Positions 25,331 to 37,624 of a stretch of DNA of 64,000 nucleotides are shown here, piece after piece. Numbering within the stretch: the first letter of the stretch is position 1; each line of letters starts with the position of its first letter. Made by a program: the position numbers and the translations under genes. Source of the stretch: Ginglymostoma cirratum (taxonomy: Eukaryota); contig JAHRHZ010000082.1 of assembly GCA_024137785.1 (NCBI GenBank), positions 186,001-250,000 of the forward strand, in the 5' to 3' direction. The notes beneath the pieces were generated by a model that searched no databases, had not been told where the DNA came from, and worked only from the letters and a program-made list of their open reading frames with translations.

Positions 25331-28300
25331 AATTCCCTTAACCTTACTGAATATTAATATTAGCCTTGACTACTGTAAAGGACGTCTTATTTTGTCTGGT
25401 TTAATTATAATGGTTTTCTCAAGATGCTGACCTATCTAACTAATTTGATCATCTAATGCTAGTTTGTCACAAATATCGCAATCAGTAATCTTGGATTTTA
25501 CCATGCACATAATTAAAATCAACAGGGATAAAAAGGGTATCTAAGAAAAGCTGTTTCTATCTCAAGGTTCCATTTTGTACTCTGTAAATCTTAAACCCTT
25601 GTCATTTTATCAGGACTACAGTTACATGTGCCGCATAGAAAAATGCTTGGGCAAGAAAGCAGCTTTTTGGAACTAAGATTTGTAGCTCTCTATTGAAAGT
25701 AGCTGCTTGTTTAATGTTGAAGGAAATATTTTCTGACTAGTGCTGTCCCCGCATGAATGCTTTGCTGGTATTAAATTCCTCTGTGTGCTATTTTAATGAG
25801 GCGTTAACCCATTTATTGTATAAGAGTGCATAGAGAAGTCCACCACAAGCACGTTATGTGTCTGGATGATTAGCAGCAACTAGAGAATATACCGATATGT
25901 TCTGGGCTTTTGGTTTAAAAAGGAAATAGCCTTAAAATACTGCAAAGACAAAGAAAAACCTCTGAAAACATTCTCATGAAATAAACACCAGAACTTAAAC
26001 AGAGAACCTGGCTATTGATCACAGCAAAATGAAATGAAAATGTTTTAATTTAGGCAAAATGTTATAGGAAACATGAAGCACTTGAATAAGGGTTTAATAC
26101 TTGATTGAAATATTACAATCATTATTGTAATATATTCAGCAAAAACATCCACAGAGAGGCAAAATAATCTCAAGTCCTAGCTCAATAATTAGTCACAGAA
26201 TCCAGGGTTTTAATACTGTCACCCTAAATCAGGATTTATTTGAAACAATACATTTCACTAGAGTAGATGGGGAATAGCCAGTTATTTAGTGGTGTACACA
26301 CAGGAGGTGCGAGAATGTTGCTGGAGAAGCAAAGCACAAGAACATTTATCTTCCTTAATACCACAAGAGATATTTCCGAAATGTAACTGTTTCTTTTGAG
26401 CTTATCAAAGAAGAAATGCCTTAACTTCTTAAAAGAAAGCATTTATTTACTCATAAGAACGAGAATATCTTTTTCAACAAGTCATCATTTTCCTTTTTGG
26501 TCACCTATGTATCTGAGACGCGCTTTGCAGGATTTGTGATATGAAAGTTTATTTGATGCGTAACTAATCTGTTTTGTGTTCTTCAGTTGAGAGAAATATA
26601 AACAAAGCAAACATATCATCCATTTCAAAAGGTAGAAAACTTTATTAAACAGCCATTAGTGATACAAAAGCACAATTGCTCTTTGTTTCACGTGGTGGTT
26701 GCATTCAATATTAGTCTTATTAGAACTTTAAATCGGTTACCCAATATTTACTGTTCAAACTAAAATTACTTCAATTGATCGTACTTCCAATTTGATTATA
26801 AAATAGATTGCTATGACTAATATATAATTACTGTTTAATTATACAAGTAAGGGAATGAATCCATATTATACAGCACAGGAACACACAAGTAGGACATCCC
26901 TTTCCTCGAGCTTGACCTGCCATTCAACTTGATTGTGGCTTATCTGAGTTTGTAACTCCATCTATCCGCCTTGTTTCTGTAACTTCTGCTACCATTACCG
27001 ACCCTGTGTTGCTCAACCCTTGCAATAAATCAAATGTCTTTCTCCACTTTGTCCACACATTTCAGTACCAGCAGTTTAAAAGGAGATCATGTTATTCTTG
27101 AATTTGTTAGATTTACCTTGGATTCATTGTTTTGGCTTGAATCATAGCAATTTTGAACAACATACTTCTTTATAGAGTAAATCATACAAGCAAAACTCCG
27201 TTTTGAAGAAAATAAATCAGAGTCCCTTCCATAAGTTATTTGCTGGTTACTGGAGTGTCACATTTGATTCCTGTTGCAAACTGTTACACTAACCAACAAT
27301 TCGCCTAATCTCAGCATTTGATTATTGTATAGGATTGTGGAACCTGACGCTGAATCCTGAAATTAGGGCATGAGGTGAATATGCAGTTGTATATGAGTGG
27401 AATGAAACCTAAAACTACTTTCTCAGTCTGTTCATTGTTTTGTTGTATATTCTAAGCTTGCCTCTGTTTTGTGTCCCTAAAGTGAGCTGTTTATGTCCAT
27501 GCTCTTTTCCAGTTGGATCTTTACACCCATTCTCCTCACATGAGGTTAGAGTAACTGGTGCCTTCCAGATCTCTCTCTCATTATCATCAGCATATATGCT
27601 TCTGGTGTGTTAACCCCTTACTCCACATAGGTGAACTGGGAAAATATTGTGTCACAGCGCTAACTATTTTAAAACATTTATTCAAACCCCCTATCCACCC
27701 CATCTTCTCCATTGTGAATTAAATGTATTTGAATATAGAGCTAACAGTATACTTTGGAGTTTATTTTTAACTATTATTTGACCCTTTGATGCATCATTTA
27801 CTAACCTTGTAGTTTATTGTTCTGGTAAGTACTGTTGTTTTTGTTCTAGTATGTTCCCCACCGTCGTGATATTAATAATAAATAAGGACAACAAAAGTGA
27901 ACTAAACAACACAAAGCATATATTTATATAGATCAAGAGTTTTGCTGAGTACGTAATCTGAGAAGGAAATGAGGAAATTAAAAGAGCAATCAAGGGACTT
28001 CAAGAAGGATTGCAACCATCTCATGAGAAAGAATGGGCAGGTACAAATGTTCATGAACACTCCTAAAATCCGGTCCCCAGATTAAACTGCTTGGTTGTTA
28101 GAGTTGTCAGTGCAACTACCTCACAGTGAGATTCCAATGTTATGTGTTATACAGAGTAAAGACAGTGTGTAGCTACCTTTGTTTCAAAGGGTTATTTTAT
28201 TCTTATGCAGGATACTCTGTACTAAACTTACGGTCCATTAAGTTACCAGTTAGGGCAGAAAGAATCAGGTCGATTACTCATCCCAGTCTAATATCAACCA

Positions 28301-28929
28301 CATTGGCTGACAGTGATAAAGGATTACAGTTTATTTAATAATGCAATTCACATCGTGATTCTCAAAAACAACAAAAAGACTATCAGGTGGAATGCATAGC
28401 AAATCTCCTGGACAATCTATAATATGCAATAAGGCTGCTCCACAGAAACTTTACATCAAATATTTCTGTTCAAGGATATCAATATTTAGGACAGAGTCAA
28501 ACCTTCAGAATTTAAAAGTAGGATTGCTAGCTGTATGGTGTAAAACTTTTGCCACTCTAGCACCTTTTGTTCAATCAAAGTTTATTTGTCAGTTTCTATA
28601 CTTGGTGCATATCATTATTTCTATTTATCTCGATTGTTAACCCCACTCGTCACCCAAGATGGTAGTGATGTGTTTTTTGACCCCTGCAGCCACTGAAGAA
28701 CTAAAAATAATGTCATAAGTGCACCAATCTATGGATTCCTGAAATACCTCCTGTTTATATAAATGCAAAAGTAATGTACTAATGTAAATCAGTAGACAGT
28801 GATTTTTATTTTGTTTGCTCAGTTGTGGGTTGTTTCACATTAACTCATATCTGGCTTAAACAAGTATGTAGCCAAGTCTGACATATTGATTTAAATATTT
28901 TATCAATTAATAATATAACATGGATTGTT

Positions 28930-29130
28930 GTTTTGAGCAAAATGTTCATTAGCTCATGACACTCCTGCTCAGTGTGTCAAGTCCAATGTTTGCTTTCACC
29001 TGTTGTTTGAAGAAGTGTGCTCAAGTGTTTGCTGTAAATGCGCTAAGTGTCAGTCAACATCAACTGTTTCTGGAGTAAAAGCTCAACCATTACGCTTTAT
29101 CGCATTCAAAACGTTCCACAAGTATGAACT
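28930..29130. promoter_or_regulatory. Candidate conserved non-coding element
   Basis: Non-repetitive; TGTTTGC (Fox-like) twice, CACCTG E-box, TGTCA twice, retained CpGs. Confidence 0.3.
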
Positions 29131-29809
29131 CTGTCCTTTCCTATAATTAGATTTACATTCACCAGAAAAATCCAGAAAGAGAATTATTGTCCTACTCTCT
29201 GTAATTTGACTAGAACACCTCTTGGTATTTGACAGATTCTATCATTTTTAATCCTGACTCCATTGCCCAACCAAAATGTAATATCAATAATACTTAGCTA
29301 TTTATCTGAATGCCTACCTTTATAGTCATTGGGATCAACTCATATTTACTTTACAGTTGGACCATTATGTGATACTTTCTCAGCAGAAATGATTGGATAA
29401 AGAACTTTTCTTTCAAGGCCTCGATGAGTGTTTCCAAAACAAACAAACCAACAGTTTGACTCCACCAGCTTTTCATCTGCAGATTTCGATAGAATGCCAG
29501 GTAGTGACTGATACAAACACATCAATTTAGATTGAACTCAAAAGGACATAGTGTAAAGTGTGGTGGGGTCTGAATAGAACTCGTGGTAGAGAGGCATACA
29601 TTTACTAACATTCGAAATATACTGCAGAGCCACTATTGGGATTATTGTGACCAATGTAATAATGATAAACTAGTAAAAATTTAATTTTGAACAGACCATT
29701 TGTCAATAGGGAGGATTTATCAAGATACCATAAAACGTTTTATATTATCTGGATCTTCAGTTATTCCTTTGATTACAGTGAAGTAATTTGCTATGCAAGA
29801 ATTCTAACA

Positions 29810-30110
29810 AGGTTCGCACTGCAAGCCATTAATTTACTCAAAGTGTATCGCACTGTTAATGTGTCTAATCATTTAAAACACCACATCTTTTAAAATATTT
29901 TGAGAAGTTGATAATTGGCTCCTTAATATGTAGATACTGCTCGCTGAATGAGGTGATCTACTCCAGTGCAATCTGGTCCTCTGGTTAAATGAGGACAATT
30001 CTGCAAGATGAGTTGCTTTTCCTTGCACTAGAAACACAAACAGTCACAGAATTCATTAATGCAGAACAGGACTGCTTTTAAAATGTAGCATATTTGCAGT
30101 TTAATCATTT
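29810..30110. promoter_or_regulatory. Candidate conserved non-coding element
   Basis: Cluster of TAAT/ATTA cores (cattaattt, gttaatg, ctaatc, ataattgg, cattaatg, ttaatc) with retained CpGs. Confidence 0.35.
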
Positions 30111-30114
30111 CCTA

Positions 30115-30915
30115 AGGTTCAGGATGATGGTGGAGAATGGCATGCAACAATCCAGAGTGATAGATATCAACTGGCTGACAGCAGAGTGAAATAAGGCGAG
30201 AACAGACTGGAATGGAAAATTGGCAAGAGAAATGGTAACTGAACAATGGGCTACCTTTAAAGAGGAATTGTTTTTTGTACAGTCGAGATCCTATTCCTTA
30301 AATAGGAAAAGAAAAACAAATAAATTCACAGGTCCTTGGATGGCAAACGGCTTAGATATTAAAATAAAGAAGAAGTATCCTTCGGACAAGTATCAGACAT
30401 AAAACAAGATGGAGAACCAAGAAAAATATCAGCTAGAGTATTGTGTACAGTTCTGGGTGCCATATTGGAGGAAGGATGTGAACGCACAGCAGAGAATTTG
30501 AAGCAGATTACAAGAATGGTTCCAGGGATGAGGAGTTTCAGTTATGAAGATAGATTGAAGAAGTGGGGCTTTTTCCTTGGAGAGAAGATGGCACAGAGGT
30601 GATCTGATCAAGCTTTACAAATTAATGAGCATGCTGGATACAGTAATTAGGCAGAAACTGTTCATAAAAGGAACAAGAGGAAAGTGAGGAAAACTTTTTC
30701 ACCCAGTGAGTAGTTAGAGTATGGAATGCACTGCCTGGAAATGTGGTGGAGGCAGGTTCACAATTGAGGCAATCAAGAAGGCATAGGTTGATTACTGTGC
30801 ATGGGTATGGGGAGAATGCGGGAGATTAGCACTATGTACTGATTCTCATTTAATGAGCTGGTGTAGGCATGATAGGCTGAATGACCTCCTGCACCAAAGC
30901 ACTTCTGTGATCCTT
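30115..30915 (+). mobile_element. CR1 LINE fragments (internal ORF2 joined to 3' end)
   Basis: EQWATFKEEL..PWM linker (ORF 30220-30402), then LEYCVQFW.P.-type region and ggctgaatgacctcct tail. Confidence 0.8.
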
Positions 30916-31149
30916 TGAACTTTTAGTGCAAGCTGGTTAAATATTAATGAAAGCCTCCCAATTGATGCACTATTACTTCATTGAGTTATGATTCCTAAAT
31001 GAGTGGTGAGATGGTCAGTTTCATTGGGAATTACTTTGTATTCTTTGATAAAATCTGGGCCTCAATGACAAGACCGACACTTGTTGGCCATCCCTAAGCA
31101 TACTTGAACTGTGTAGCATTCAAGGCCATTTCAGAGAGCACTTAAAAGT

Positions 31150-34100
31150 AGTGAGCAGCGAGTCAGCGTCGCTGTGAAACAAGCTAAGCAACAGAGTCAA
31201 GGAGCCTGTGCTTCTGAAATAGCTTGAAAGTTTGAGGGTAGCATCTTCATAAACAATGGGAGAGAGAATAGTGTCAGCAGCTTGAATGCCGGTCAGCAGC
31301 TTCATAACGAGGAGAACAGACCTGTGCAAGAAGGGTAGTAATGGTGGGACATTAAAGTCAACAGCAGAGAGCCCCTTCGACTGGTTTCTTGCTGGAAGAA
31401 CCAGTGTGACATTCCACGAAAACAGGTAGATAACTGGTGGGTATTTCTTCCATATCCTTTGCTTGCCCAATTAGTTCAAATCAGGGCTTTACACCTGAAG
31501 GGTACAGTTATGAAATTCACCAAAAAAAAATTTAACATACAAATTAATTAGTGAATTAGAATAAACTGACTAGACGGGTGATGTGTTGTAGCTGTAGTAT
31601 GTGGGAGTTGGTGGATGCCAGTACAGTCCATGGTGACCACATCTACAGGAAATGTTGGCTGCTGGCAGAACCTTGACTCAGAGCTGATGAGCTGAAGTCC
31701 AAGCTGTGGACACTGCAACACATGAGGGAGGGGAAGAGATACCTGGACGTGATGTTTCAGGAGATGCTCACAATACTTCAATTAATTACATTAATTTTGC
31801 TCTGCAGTCAGGGACAGGAGAGTGTGATTGCAATTGAGCGAGGCATGGTCATCTGGAATTTACCTTCAGAGGACCCTCAGCCTTGCCATTATGTAATAGG
31901 TATGAGGTACCAATAGGTACATTGTTCTCAATGTAGCCCAATGCGGGACTAAAATGTTTTTTTAAAAAGCCAAAGGGAATAATCTCCAGATTACTAGCTA
32001 AACCGTTGTGCGAATTGGCATTGGGTAAATAAAATTAGAGAAGTAACCATGTGATTCAAAGATTGCTATGGGAAAAATGGGTTCTGAATGATGGGTTCTG
32101 GCACCAGTACTGGAGAAATAGATGGGCTTCACTTGAATCATGCTGGGACGAGTGTCCTGGTGAATTGCATTAACTAGGGTTGCAGTTAGGTCTTTAAAAC
32201 AATTAGTGCAGTGGGAGGAGTGTTCTACTAAAGGGAAATTTTAAAATGATCAAAAAGAAATAAGAGAGCAGAGGCATGGGGCTGTGAAGAGATGAGCGAT
32301 AATAAAACTGTGATAGGAACAGGTAAAAAATATACACAGAGTGCAAAAGAAATTAGAGCTAGAACAAGTAATTATGGTAGAAAATCAAATTTTAAGGCTC
32401 TTTATCCAAAAGAATGAAGAGCTTCAATGGGTATATAAAAATAATTAGAGTAGTTGAAGTGTGGGACCCTTGGGGGATGCAACTAGGGAATTGATAACAG
32501 TGAACAAGGAAATGGCAGATAATTTAAAACAAAACTTTGCATCTGTTTTCACCTTGGAAACAGTATAAAAATACCAAACATAAGAGATAAGCAAGATGTA
32601 ATGCCAGGAAAAATCTTGTAACAGTCTTTACTACAAGGGACAAAGATTTTGACAAACAACGTGACTCAAAGCAGATAAGTTGGCAGGATCTCACAGCCTG
32701 CATCTATAGTCTTGAAGGATGTGGCTAGAGAGATAATAGAGGCATTGTTCAAAATATTCCAGAACTCTTTGGATTCCAAGAGGGTTCCAGTGGATTGGAA
32801 AATTGCTCATGTGGTGCTCCAGTTCGAGAATAGACAGAGACAGCGCACAGGAAACTACTGTCCAGTTAGCCTAGCCTCTGTGATTAGTAAAAGGCTAGAG
32901 CCTACTTTAAGGCAAAAAAAAACAAGACATTTAGAGAAGTTTTAAGGAATCAAAAAGTATTCAAATTGCTTTTGAGAAAGGGAGATCATGTTTGTAAAAA
33001 TCACTCAAGTTCTTTGAAGATAAAGCAAGCAGAGTGATAAATGGGAACCATAATGTCGTGTATTTATACATTCAGAAGTCATTTTAGAAGGTGCCGCATA
33101 AAATGTTATTGCATAAGATAGCAGCTCATGGTACTGGGGATAATGTATTAACATTTGGTTTTATTTGATTTGATTTGATTTATTATTGTCACATGTACCT
33201 AGGCACAGCAGAAAGTTTTGTTTGCATGAGGATTGAGGATTGATTAATTCACAGAAAACACAGAGTTGGCTTTAATGGGTCTGTCTCACGCTGGAAAGAT
33301 GTAACTGGTAGAATACCATTAAGATTAGTCCCACCTCCTCAGTTATTTACTTTCTGTGTTGGAGACTTGGAGGAGGGCACAGTGTAATGTGTCCAGATCT
33401 GATTATGATACAAAAATAGGTTGGTGGGCATGCCTTGATGGGGACATAAGGAGGCTAGAGGATATAGGTAATTGAGTGAGTGAACAAAAACTCAGCAGAT
33501 GGAGTTTAGCGTCGGAAAATGTGAGGTCATGCTCCTTGGTAGGTAGAACCAAAAGGCAGACTATTCTTCAAATAAGGAGAGAATCCAAAAAAAAAACAGG
33601 GTGAGAGTTCTGCATAAAACACATAAAATTAGCATGCAGGTGCAGCAAGTAAGTAAGAAGGCAAATTGAATTTTGGTTTTGTTAGCTGGGGGTTTGGGTT
33701 TGACAATGGGGACAACTTGTTAGAATTGTACAGAGTCTTACTGAGGCCACTGCTGGAGTGCTATGTACAGTTTTGGTCCCTGTATTTTAAAAAAAATGAT
33801 GTTGGTATTGAAGACTATTCAAAAGAGAATCAATGAACTGATTCCTGGGAAGAAGGGATTGACTTATCAAGAATGGCTACATAAGGTAAGCCTTTATTTT
33901 TTAGAGTTCAGAAGATTAAGGGGTGATCTTATTGAAACATTCAAGTTTCTGAGGGGGTTAGATATAGTTGAAAAGATATTTCCACTCGGAAAATCTTGAA
34001 CTAATGGTCATAGTTATAAAACAAGGGGACACGCTTTTAAAGCTGACATGCAAGGGAATTTCTTCTCCCATGGGGTAGTGCATGTTTGGAATTCTCTATC

Positions 34101-34302
34101 TCAGAGAGTTGTGGGGACTAGATCGCTGAATGTATTTGAACAGGAGGAATATTTTTGAAATATCAGGGAGTTGATATGATATGATAGTTGTGCTGTGCTG
34201 GCATGAAACAGGGTTGAGGCCTGGGACAGATCTTGGTGAATGATGGGACAGGATTGAGATGCCGAATGGCCTATTCCTGCTAACATTTCTTATGTTTATG
34301 AC
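31150..34302 (+). mobile_element. Long decayed CR1 LINE with ORF1 (Zn finger, esterase-like) and internally deleted ORF2
   Basis: CCSCSMWE..RKC ORF1 motif near 31580, DGLHLN esterase-like motif near 32120, VPVDWKIAHV..GNYCPVSL (ORF 32712), RRLRGDLIETFK (ORF 33763), ttatgtttatg tail. Confidence 0.88.
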
Positions 34303-34309
34303 TCAACCA

Positions 34310-34570
34310 AATTCCTATGGGATCTCAAGTCATATGCAGACCAATCCAAGTAAGACATACAGATTTTCTGCCTTAAGGGACTTAGTGAACTATATGGGTT
34401 TTTACAACAATCAATGATTGTTGAAATTGCTAGATTTCAAACCAGACGTTTTTTCCCTTTTGTTATTAAGGTCAACAGCTACCATAATAAGACTTGAACC
34501 TTTGTCCCCAACATTTGCTTGGGCCTTAGGTTTATTCGTCCAATTATCTTACCACTGCTTCTCTGCCTAC
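34310..34570 (-). mobile_element. Decayed SacSINE1/Deu-like SINE
   Basis: ccttaagggacttagtgaactatatgggtttttacaacaatc resembles 40665-40715. Confidence 0.55.
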
Positions 34571-35359
34571 CTCTACTCACTCTGGTCTTCCCCTGTTCTC
34601 CACGTATTTGTTTTACAATTTACTGATGGATTGGACACTAAAGTATCATTCTCCCGTTTGATTTGCACATGGGCCATTACTTTTCAAGATATGAAGCAAA
34701 TTATAAAGGTCTTAATTCAAATGAACTGAATTCACAAATTTGAACATATAGCCTTTTTGGAACAATTTGCTTCAATTAGTTTGGAAAATCTTCAAAGACC
34801 ATTCTATCCCATATCAAACCCACCCATTCAGCTATCTATAGCATGTTATATGAAACAACATGAGCCCAATAGACCTAACATATCCAAAATAACTAATTTC
34901 AGGGGAATATTTTTTGAACTTGTCACTTTCCCCATGGTCTCAAAGAGTTGAAACAAAACAATGTACTAGGGTAATGTATTTCTAATGCATTATTATGGCA
35001 GTATTTAAACTGATGTCCTGCACATACTGGGGAGTAGAGGAATTGCTGTAATTGAATTCTGTTTGAAGTTGTTCTCATCTACTTTGAATTCCCATACTGA
35101 TCTCGTACCAATAGTGTGGTCAGAAAGGCCATGAGTTTCTTATGATTTATTGCACAATGAGCTGGATGTGTAAGACACACACAGTATAGAATCTCATTCC
35201 TAAGGCTATTTGTTCTTACTGAATAAAGCATTATTTTAAAGTTTTTAGGATGGAATCTTCCTTGTCATGTGTCAATTGGCAATGCAGTTATTCAATGCTC
35301 TTTACTATTCAGCATATAACTTTGAAATTTGAAATTTCATCACAGCAATATTATACATA

Positions 35360-35600
35360 TGAATAATGATGCAAAAATCTTGTAGCAGGAAGACAAGCAA
35401 AACAGAATGCTGGAGAAACTCAGCAGGTCTGGCACCATCTATGGAAAAAGAAACAGGTACTGGAGCCTACACTTTCAGTTCTGAAGAAGAGTCATACTGG
35501 ACTCGAAACATTAACTGTTTCACTGTCTGCAGATGCTGAGTTTCTCTAGCATTCTGTGTGTTTGTTTCAGATTTCCAGGATCTGCAGTATTTTGCTTTTA
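35360..35600. mobile_element. Inverted pair of Penelope pLTR units; best-preserved hammerhead motif at 35476-35517 (+)
   Basis: CAGTT-CTGAAGA-A-GAGTC(atactg)GACTC-GAAA-CAT-T-AACTG; arms gaatgctggagaaactcagca / tgctgagtttctctagcattc. Confidence 0.78.
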
Positions 35601-35659
35601 GAAGAAATGCGATACAATCATGTCCCAAATTTATCTTAAGTTGTCTGTCACCTGAATTA

Positions 35660-35915
35660 GATATAACACAGTGTGGAGCTGGAGTAACACAGCAAGCTAG
35701 GCAGCATCACAGGAGCAGGAAAGTTGACGTTTTGGTTCAGGACCCTTCTTCAGAAATGAGGAGGGGGAAGGGAGCTCAGAAATAAATTGAGAGGAGGGGT
35801 GGGGCTGGGGAAGGTAGGTGGGATGGTGATAGGTTAGTGCAGGTAGAGAGTGGCGGGGATTGGTCAGTGAGGTGAGAAGAGCAGATAGGTGGGAGAGAAG
35901 ACGGACAGGTTGTGC
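35660..35915 (-). mobile_element. Penelope-like 3' end, second family
   Basis: - strand TTCTGAAGAAGGGTCCTGAACCAAAACGTCAAC motif with G-rich (+ strand) UTR. Confidence 0.7.
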
Positions 35916-37489
35916 CTGGAATTGTGTTTTTCACAATTCTTTCCTTATGGAACTGCTGGTGTACTCTCAAGGGCGATTTTGCAAATATTGACACACTGAC
36001 CTGGCATTTGTGGTTTTGGTGACTGCATTTATTGTATTTGCTGTGTAAAACTGGCTGAAATTTCTAGCATTTATACAGTTAAAGCTGGAAATCCAGAAAC
36101 TGCTGTCAGTAATACCCTAGTGCACCACAGTGTATAATTTTTGCCGCTTTTGCAGATGCAATCATCACAGGATCATCAATTTGACATGAACTTCAAATTA
36201 GAGTGCATTATTTTGCTGTAAGAAATATTGACAGTTAAGTCTTGTTACATTAGGTGTAACTGAGTTCTTCACAGTAAATAAAGTCATAATCACTGTTCAT
36301 CACACCTTTGGCACTGAAAAGCTATTTTTCCATTCCATGATAACAAAAAATCCATAGATAATGAAATATCTTATTTATAAGCTTGTTTATGATATTTAAT
36401 CTTTCGTCTTAATTCCATCATATTTTTGTTCCACTTACTGTAAAATGATTGAAATGTGATGATAATCACTCCATTTTACTTCCTGCTTTATGTCTATGAG
36501 AATTCTTCAATCTGATTGGCTGTTCAGCTTGTTTGAGAAGCTCAATGTTTCTGGACAACAGAAAGTCCGTATAGATGGCTCCGGAATGAAATTGACATGA
36601 TAGTGCTTATAAATAGCTGACTTAAACAAGCATTTATTTGGTAATGTTGCAGTGCCATTTGGTTGCGTAACAGCCTAATACCCTCTGTTCAGAGGAAACA
36701 GGGTAATGAACAGTGAGGCTGCGTTGTTGCCTTTGTCGAATTTTGAAGAAAGATATTGCGGCAGATTCTTGTCCCGTGGAAAGGTGGATCCAAGCTTGAG
36801 GTGTACTGTGTGACATGCAATCATCAGGAGGATGAAAGCAACAGTGTACACATGTTTTATGAGGGGTTCCACTGCTTATTGTGCTGCTCTGGGAGTTGTG
36901 CCTATCCTTTGCTTTGTCAGGGCTAAAACCAATGCCCCAGTAGAATCAAATGGAAATTCTCCTTGTCGGCAGATGGGAAGTGATGTAAATAATTTTTGGG
37001 TCAAGCCTGCAACAGTAAAAGGCATGCATCAGGTGATTCTATTGGTGAAATGACTAATCTAATTAATGGACCAGGCAAGTCTGCTATAAGCTTACAAGGT
37101 GTTGATCATTGGTCAAGCTTTCTTGTTCTTTGTGGGCAAGTCGAATGTAGATTGGGATTTGGGTTCTGCAAGCCACTGTCCAAAATGAGTAAAGTGACTA
37201 ATATAGAAAATCTTAACTAGGTCATTGGTAAACAATATGTTTATTCTGATCAGACTCCACAATGGTGTTATATTCACTTGCAGTAACCATGCTTTGACAC
37301 CGATAAACAAATGCCCAGGTTCAATGAGCTGAGATAAGTGGAATGAATCTAATAGTTGTGTGGTGGTACAGAACTTGAATATTGTTGAAAGAAAATATTG
37401 CCAAAGATTTTCATTTTGCACAGATCAGGAATTGTGGAAGAATATCAATGTAAAGTCAAATGACATCTTATAATGTGTGAAAAGTGTGT

Positions 37490-37620
37490 GCTGATTGGTA
37501 GGCAAGTGAACTTTGATTGGTAGAGATACTACCATGGAGAATTAACAGGTTTAATGATGAGTGACAGTTAACTGCCAAACCTGGCTTAAATTTAAACCAG
37601 GAAGGCTGCCTCAGATTGGT
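37490..37620 (-). mobile_element. Penelope-like 3' UTR fragment
   Basis: Reverse-complement similarity to 40310-40430 (ctaccaatcagag, cctggtttaaat, ctccatgg). Confidence 0.6.
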
Positions 37621-37624
37621 CAGG

